Below are positions 59,501-64,000 of a stretch of 64,000 nt of DNA, piece by piece (position 1 is the first letter of the stretch; each line of letters starts with the position of its first letter). The notes under the pieces are model-generated. The model was given only the letters and a program-made list of their open reading frames with translations. It ran no database searches and was not told where the DNA came from. The DNA is from Blastocladiella emersonii ATCC 22665 (Eukaryota; Fungi; Blastocladiomycota): the NCBI GenBank assembly GCA_025594325.1, contig JANHCV010000001.1:2046001-2110000 (forward strand), in the 5' to 3' direction. The translations under genes and the position numbers were made by a program.

Positions 59501-61858
59501 TCAGAGGTCCACCCGACTTGATTCGATAGTAGTTTCCGACGCGTCGTCTTGCGCAATCGGGCCGTTGATGGTCTTGCGCAGGACCGCCCCGTGGGTCAGG
59601 GAGATCATGCGGCATCGGTCTTGGTTGTGACGGGCGGGCTGCTGCGCGCACGTCCGGCACCGCTGGCGGCGGGTGTCGTCGTCTTCGTCCTCGTCCTCGT
59701 CCTCGTCCTCGTCGCCGGCGTTGCCCGGCTGCGGCTGCAGCTGGGGCTGCTGCGGGCGCGGTCGGCGCCGCTGCTGGCGGGTCTCGGCGCGGGCCTGGCC
59801 CTGCGGCTGGTCGCGGGCCTCACCGCGGCGGCGCTGGCGCGTCGGCGCGAGCGGGCGCACTCGTTCGGTACGGCGGCGGCGGTACCGAGCGTTGCGGTGC
59901 GGCGTCTGGACCCGGGCAATGGTCTGGAGCCCGACGTACGGCACCCACATGCGCGAGCGCAGCAGCGACGCGGCGGCGTCGTACAGCTGAGCGGCGAGGC
60001 GGCGAGGGGACGGGAGCGGGTGGAGCGCGGTCGCGGCGGCGGCGGCGGCCGGGCTGCCCAGGAACTCGCGACACGCATGCACCGCGCCGCGCGTGATGGC
60101 GCAGGCGGACAGGCGGGCCGCGGCGGCGGCGGGGATGTGCGTGGTAGCGGGCGGCAGCGCGTCCTCGCCAGGGATCGGCAGGCCGGCCGCTACTGCCGCG
60201 TGGCGCGAGGCCACCCAGCCGGGGATCGCCGCTACGCGAGCGGCGAGCATCGCGGCGCGGTCGGCGCGCAGCTCGCCGAGGTCGAGGCGCTGCAGGTGCA
60301 GCAGGTCGGGGCCGAGCAGCGCGTCGATCAGCACGCCGGCGGCGGGGTTCAGGGCGGCGTCGTGCTTGGCCGCGCCGACGGACGTGAGCTGGCCGAGCCA
60401 CGACTTGGTGATCTGGTCGAGCGTCTCGACGCGCTTGTCGTCCATGAGCTGGCACTGGAACCAGTGGAACGGCGTGTCCACCTGGCGGCACGAGCAGCGG
60501 GGCACCATGTCCAGCGCTTCGCGGCACGTGCGGCAGCGGGTCTCGAGGTCCTCGCTCGCGATGCACTCGGCCCTGCCGCAGTTGGGCACGGCGATGCGGC
60601 CGACCGAGTGCAGCGACTCGCGGCACGGCAGCTTGTTGGCGAGCGCGCGCAGGCGGAAGGACGTCTCCTTGTTCTGGTCGCGCGAGGTACGGCGCGTGAG
60701 CGGGCGCGTGAGCGGGCGCGACCCGCCGTGGAGCGCGAGCGCGGTCGCCTCCCAGTCGAGCTCCTCGGCCTGGGCGGCGGCGGCGTTCGCGGCTGCTACA
60801 GCGGCGGCTGCAGCATCGGCGGCGACGGGTACGGGTACGGGCTCGGGCGCGAGCGCGAGGTGCGCCACGTTCTCGGCGAGCACCGCGTCGCGGCACTCGG
60901 CCTGCGCGAGATCGCGCATGAACTTGCGCGGGTCGCCGCAAATCTCGTGGTCGAAAAAGGCGGGGACGTGGTGGAGGTCTGACTCGGTGCGCGTGCGTTT
61001 CGAAAAGTACGCGTCCGAGGCGGGCGGCTGGTTCGCCGCGGCCTTGGCGGCGCGGTCGGCGATGTTGTTGGGCGTGGTCGGGTCGTCGGCGTGGCCGCGG
61101 ACCCACGAGAAGGTGACCTTGACGTTGCGGTCGCGCAGCGCGAGGCGGAGCGCGGACCACAGGTCGCTCGACGCGCACCGGACGCGCTGGCGCATCGTCG
61201 CCGTCGGCGAGAGCTGCGTGCGCGCGGCCTCGATGGCGGCCTGCGAGTCCGAGTAGATGTGCAGCGCGGTCCCGGCGGCGACCTGCGACACGGCGAGGAC
61301 GAACGCGTGGATCTCGGCGCGCGTCGACGAGAACGGGCCGGGCGGCAGCTTGGCGGCGGCGATGTGGCCCACGTCGTCGTCCGTGACGCCGTTGGCGGCC
61401 GCGCGGCAGTCAGCGTCGTGGCGCGTGGCCGTGTCGTAGCCGTCGGGCAGCGGGAACACGGCGGCGGAGCCCGCGCGCGCGACGCCCTCGGGGCCCGGGC
61501 GGTCCGCGTAGTACGAGCCGTCCGTGTACGCGACGACGACGTTGCCCGGGGTGGGCATGATCTGGAACCCGACGGCGCGGACAGGATCGGCGAGCGCGGC
61601 GGCGGGGCGGGGGCGGGTGTGGCGGAAGACGAGCGGCGGCGCGCCGGCGGGCGCGGGCGGGTCGTCGTCCATGGGCAGCGCGGGCGGGTACATTTCCTGC
61701 CCGTGGCTGATTTCCGTGATCCGGGCGTGGTTGCGGTTCGCCACGTCGATCAGGATCCGGGCGACGTCGCGGTCGTCGGCGTTCATGCGCGCGTTGCCGT
61801 TGTCCGTGAGCGGGACGCGGAACTCCTTGACGAGCTGCTGCACGTCCCTGGTCGCCAT
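59501..61858 (-). mobile_element. Intact 785-aa RNase H plus zinc-finger ORF of non-LTR retrotransposon type (no RT visible)
   Basis: RNase HI motifs YTDGS, SSTRAE, IYSDSQ and WVRGH...NNIAD, then FRLRALANKLP, CSC...HWFQC and a terminal CX2CX6HX4C. Confidence 0.85.
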
Positions 61859-61863
61859 GCGGC

Positions 61864-61963
61864 AAGATGGCGTGTCCGAGAGAACAAAATTGATATTGGG
61901 AGCTCATCGAACTGCGAAGGAGGGACAACAGTATGCGGACACACGCGCTAGACGCGTACGAGC
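61864..61963. repeat. ~100-bp direct repeat, copy A
   Basis: It pairs with copy B and ends 5 nt upstream of the RNase H ORF ATG on the minus strand. Confidence 0.9.
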
Positions 61964-62030
61964 AACCAAGCGCCGCTCTGGCTAACCGTCAGGCCGGCCG
62001 TCGCGGGGTGTGGCTGTGCAGAACTTCAAC

Positions 62031-63987
62031 CTAGAGCGCCTTGGCGCTCCGGGTCCCGACCGTCACGGTCGCGCTCCCGACACCATCTTGGCGGTCGGGG
62101 GTGGTTGGTGGGTGGGCCGGCGCAGGGGCCGCCGGCGACGTGGCGAGGTGCACCACAGCTGGCGATCCGGCAGCGGCGGCGTGGGCAGCAGCTGCAGGGG
62201 GCAGCAGCGACAGGTAGGGGGCCGGTGGTGGCGGGCCAGCGCGCGCGTACGTGGACGCAGGCGAGGGCGAGGGTGTCGACAGCTTGATGGCGGCCGGCGA
62301 GTAGGCGGGGGTGCGCGAGGATGAGGGCTCCGACAGCCACGCCAGCAGCGACGATGATGACGGTGATGAGGCGGCGCGCTGGGCGGACGCCGACGGCGAT
62401 GGCGAGGAGGGCCCATAGATGGCGTTGATCATGAAGGTCCGGTCCATCTTGCCGAAGCCCATGTCCTCGAGCTTCTTGGTCTCGGCCTTGAGCATGGCCG
62501 CCTCGGCAGCTGCCCCAGCAGCAATCTTCTTGGCGAGCTTGGCGTGTGTGGCGGCGCGCGCGCTGCACATGTTGGCGAGGGTGCAGGCCTGGCCATCAAA
62601 CTGGCCCCCGCAGTCGGCGCAGTCGAGCTGGGCCCCCAGGGCCTGGTAGTCGTCCATGGGCGCGTCCGAGTCGTAGTCGTCCTCAGCGTCGGACGAGTCG
62701 CTGTCGGACGGCACGTAGTCGTCGTCGTCGTCCATGAGGTCCTCGTCGCCGAGGGGCCCGTACCCGTGGATGAGGACGTTGTGGAACACGGTCGCCACGT
62801 CGGCCTGGATGTCCTTGAACTCCTGCTCCACCTCGGGCGCGATTGAGATGCGGCCGTCCTCCACGCCCGCTGCGAGCGCGTTGAACATGCGCCGGATGTT
62901 GCGGCCAAACTCCTCGGACGCGCTGGCGGCGCCTGCCGCGCGCTCGTTGGCGAGGTCGATCTGGTCCACGAGCTTGGTGACCCGCGCCTTCTGGGCCTTG
63001 ATGGTGGCGGCGGCGTCTGCAGCTGCGGAGGCAGCAGCCCTGGCGTCAGCGGCGCCCGCGCGGCGCTTGCCCTTGCGCAGCGTGAGCTCGGCGGCCTTCT
63101 CCTCCTCGGCGAGCTTGTGGTTGGTGGCGGCGAGGGCCTCGGCCTCGGACTTGGCGCGCTCGGCGCGCGAGCGGGCAGCAGCGGCGTGCGACGCCTCGGT
63201 CTTGGCCTCGGCGGCGGCCTGGCGCGCGGCGGCCTCGGCGGCGGCGGCGTTGGCGACCTGGACGCGCGCGTGCGCCTCGGCCTCCTGCGCAGCAGCCTCG
63301 GCGGCGGCGCGCGCGGTCCCGGACAACCTGGGCGGCAGCTGCCGCAATCCCAGCGAGCGCCGCGGCGGCCTCGCCGTCGCTGGCGCTGCCTGCGGGCGGC
63401 GCGGGCGACGCGGCGGTGGCGGACGACGACGCAGCAGCAGCCTCGTCAGTGCTGGGTGCTGTTGCAGTCACGCCCTCCATGGACTCGGCGCCGTCCGCGC
63501 CCTCGGCGGCAGCAGCCGTAGCAGCGGCGGCAGCACGTACCGCGTCAATCGCGTCCTTGGCGGCGGCGTGGGCCGCAGTGCGCTGGGCAATGGCCTCGGC
63601 GGCGGCGCGCTCGGCCGTGGCGAGGTTGATGATGGTGGTCGCGAGCTTGGACGCAGCGGCCGCTTCCGCCGAGACCGCACCCACCTGGCACGCGAGGGTC
63701 TGGAACAGGGCCTTGGCCTCGGCAGAGGCGGGGCCGTCAGGGAGGCAGCCATACCGGCGGCCGAACGCGGCGAGCGGGCCCTCCTCGCGCGCAGCGGCCG
63801 CGGCGAGGTCGAGCGTCATGGGGAGCGTGGCCTTGGCGAGCGACGACGCGAGCGAGACGGCGGCGCTGGCGGCGCGCGCGGGCGCGGGCGTGGGCGCGGG
63901 CGAGGAGGAGGTGACGACCTTGGACCAGGACAAACCTGGACCGGCGCGACCCGCAGGCGAGACAGTCGCCGACGGCGTGACGACCAT
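62031..63987 (-). mobile_element. Ala-rich coiled-coil ORF1/gag-like region, split by a frameshift near 63310
   Basis: Two overlapping frames (63046-63987 and 62031-63347) join at a CGCGCG slip. They contain coiled-coil Ala/Glu/Lys heptads and a CADC...C...C cluster, and lie directly upstream of the RNase H ORF. Confidence 0.55.
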
Positions 63988-64000
63988 GCCGTCGCGCTGG

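Noticed and set aside
59228-61963. Reading the ~100-bp direct repeats as LTRs or DIRS/Ngaro split repeats
   Set aside because: There are no TG...CA ends, PBS/PPT, integrase or tyrosine recombinase. The RNase H plus zinc-finger order is LINE-like and the repeat appears to be coding sequence.

Overview
This is a GC-rich eukaryotic genomic window with short (about 55-160 nt) GT-AG introns whose donors are mostly GTACG/GTGCG. The gene content is fungal: fused ARG5,6, HIS6, VAC8-like, Nud1/Cdc11-like, CTK3-like and MID1-like genes. It also has an alpha-tubulin acetyltransferase, which suggests a flagellated (zoosporic) fungus such as a blastocladiomycete; this taxonomic call is inference. Positions 1-49.5 kb are a dense run of about 26 mostly housekeeping genes plus a few orphans. 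This part also holds a perfect 126-bp inverted copy of the 3' end of the methylmalonate-semialdehyde dehydrogenase gene. At 50.0-52.7 kb are two tandem paralogous secreted proteins with His at mature position 1, a second His in WPRNNH and a DYY motif. They look like copper histidine-brace, LPMO-like proteins that I cannot assign to a named AA family, and each carries a shared Cys-rich module. From 53 kb to the end the window is mobile-DNA derived. Two almost identical 1,089-bp inverted arms enclose a 4-kb mosaic: an ABCC-transporter relic interrupted just after its Walker A motif by an APN2 fragment, then a 5'-truncated PIF/Harbinger element with an intact right TIR and TAA. After this comes a non-LTR-retroelement-like region with an intact RNase H/zinc-finger ORF but no visible reverse transcriptase. 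All protein calls come from motif recognition by eye; no database searches were run.
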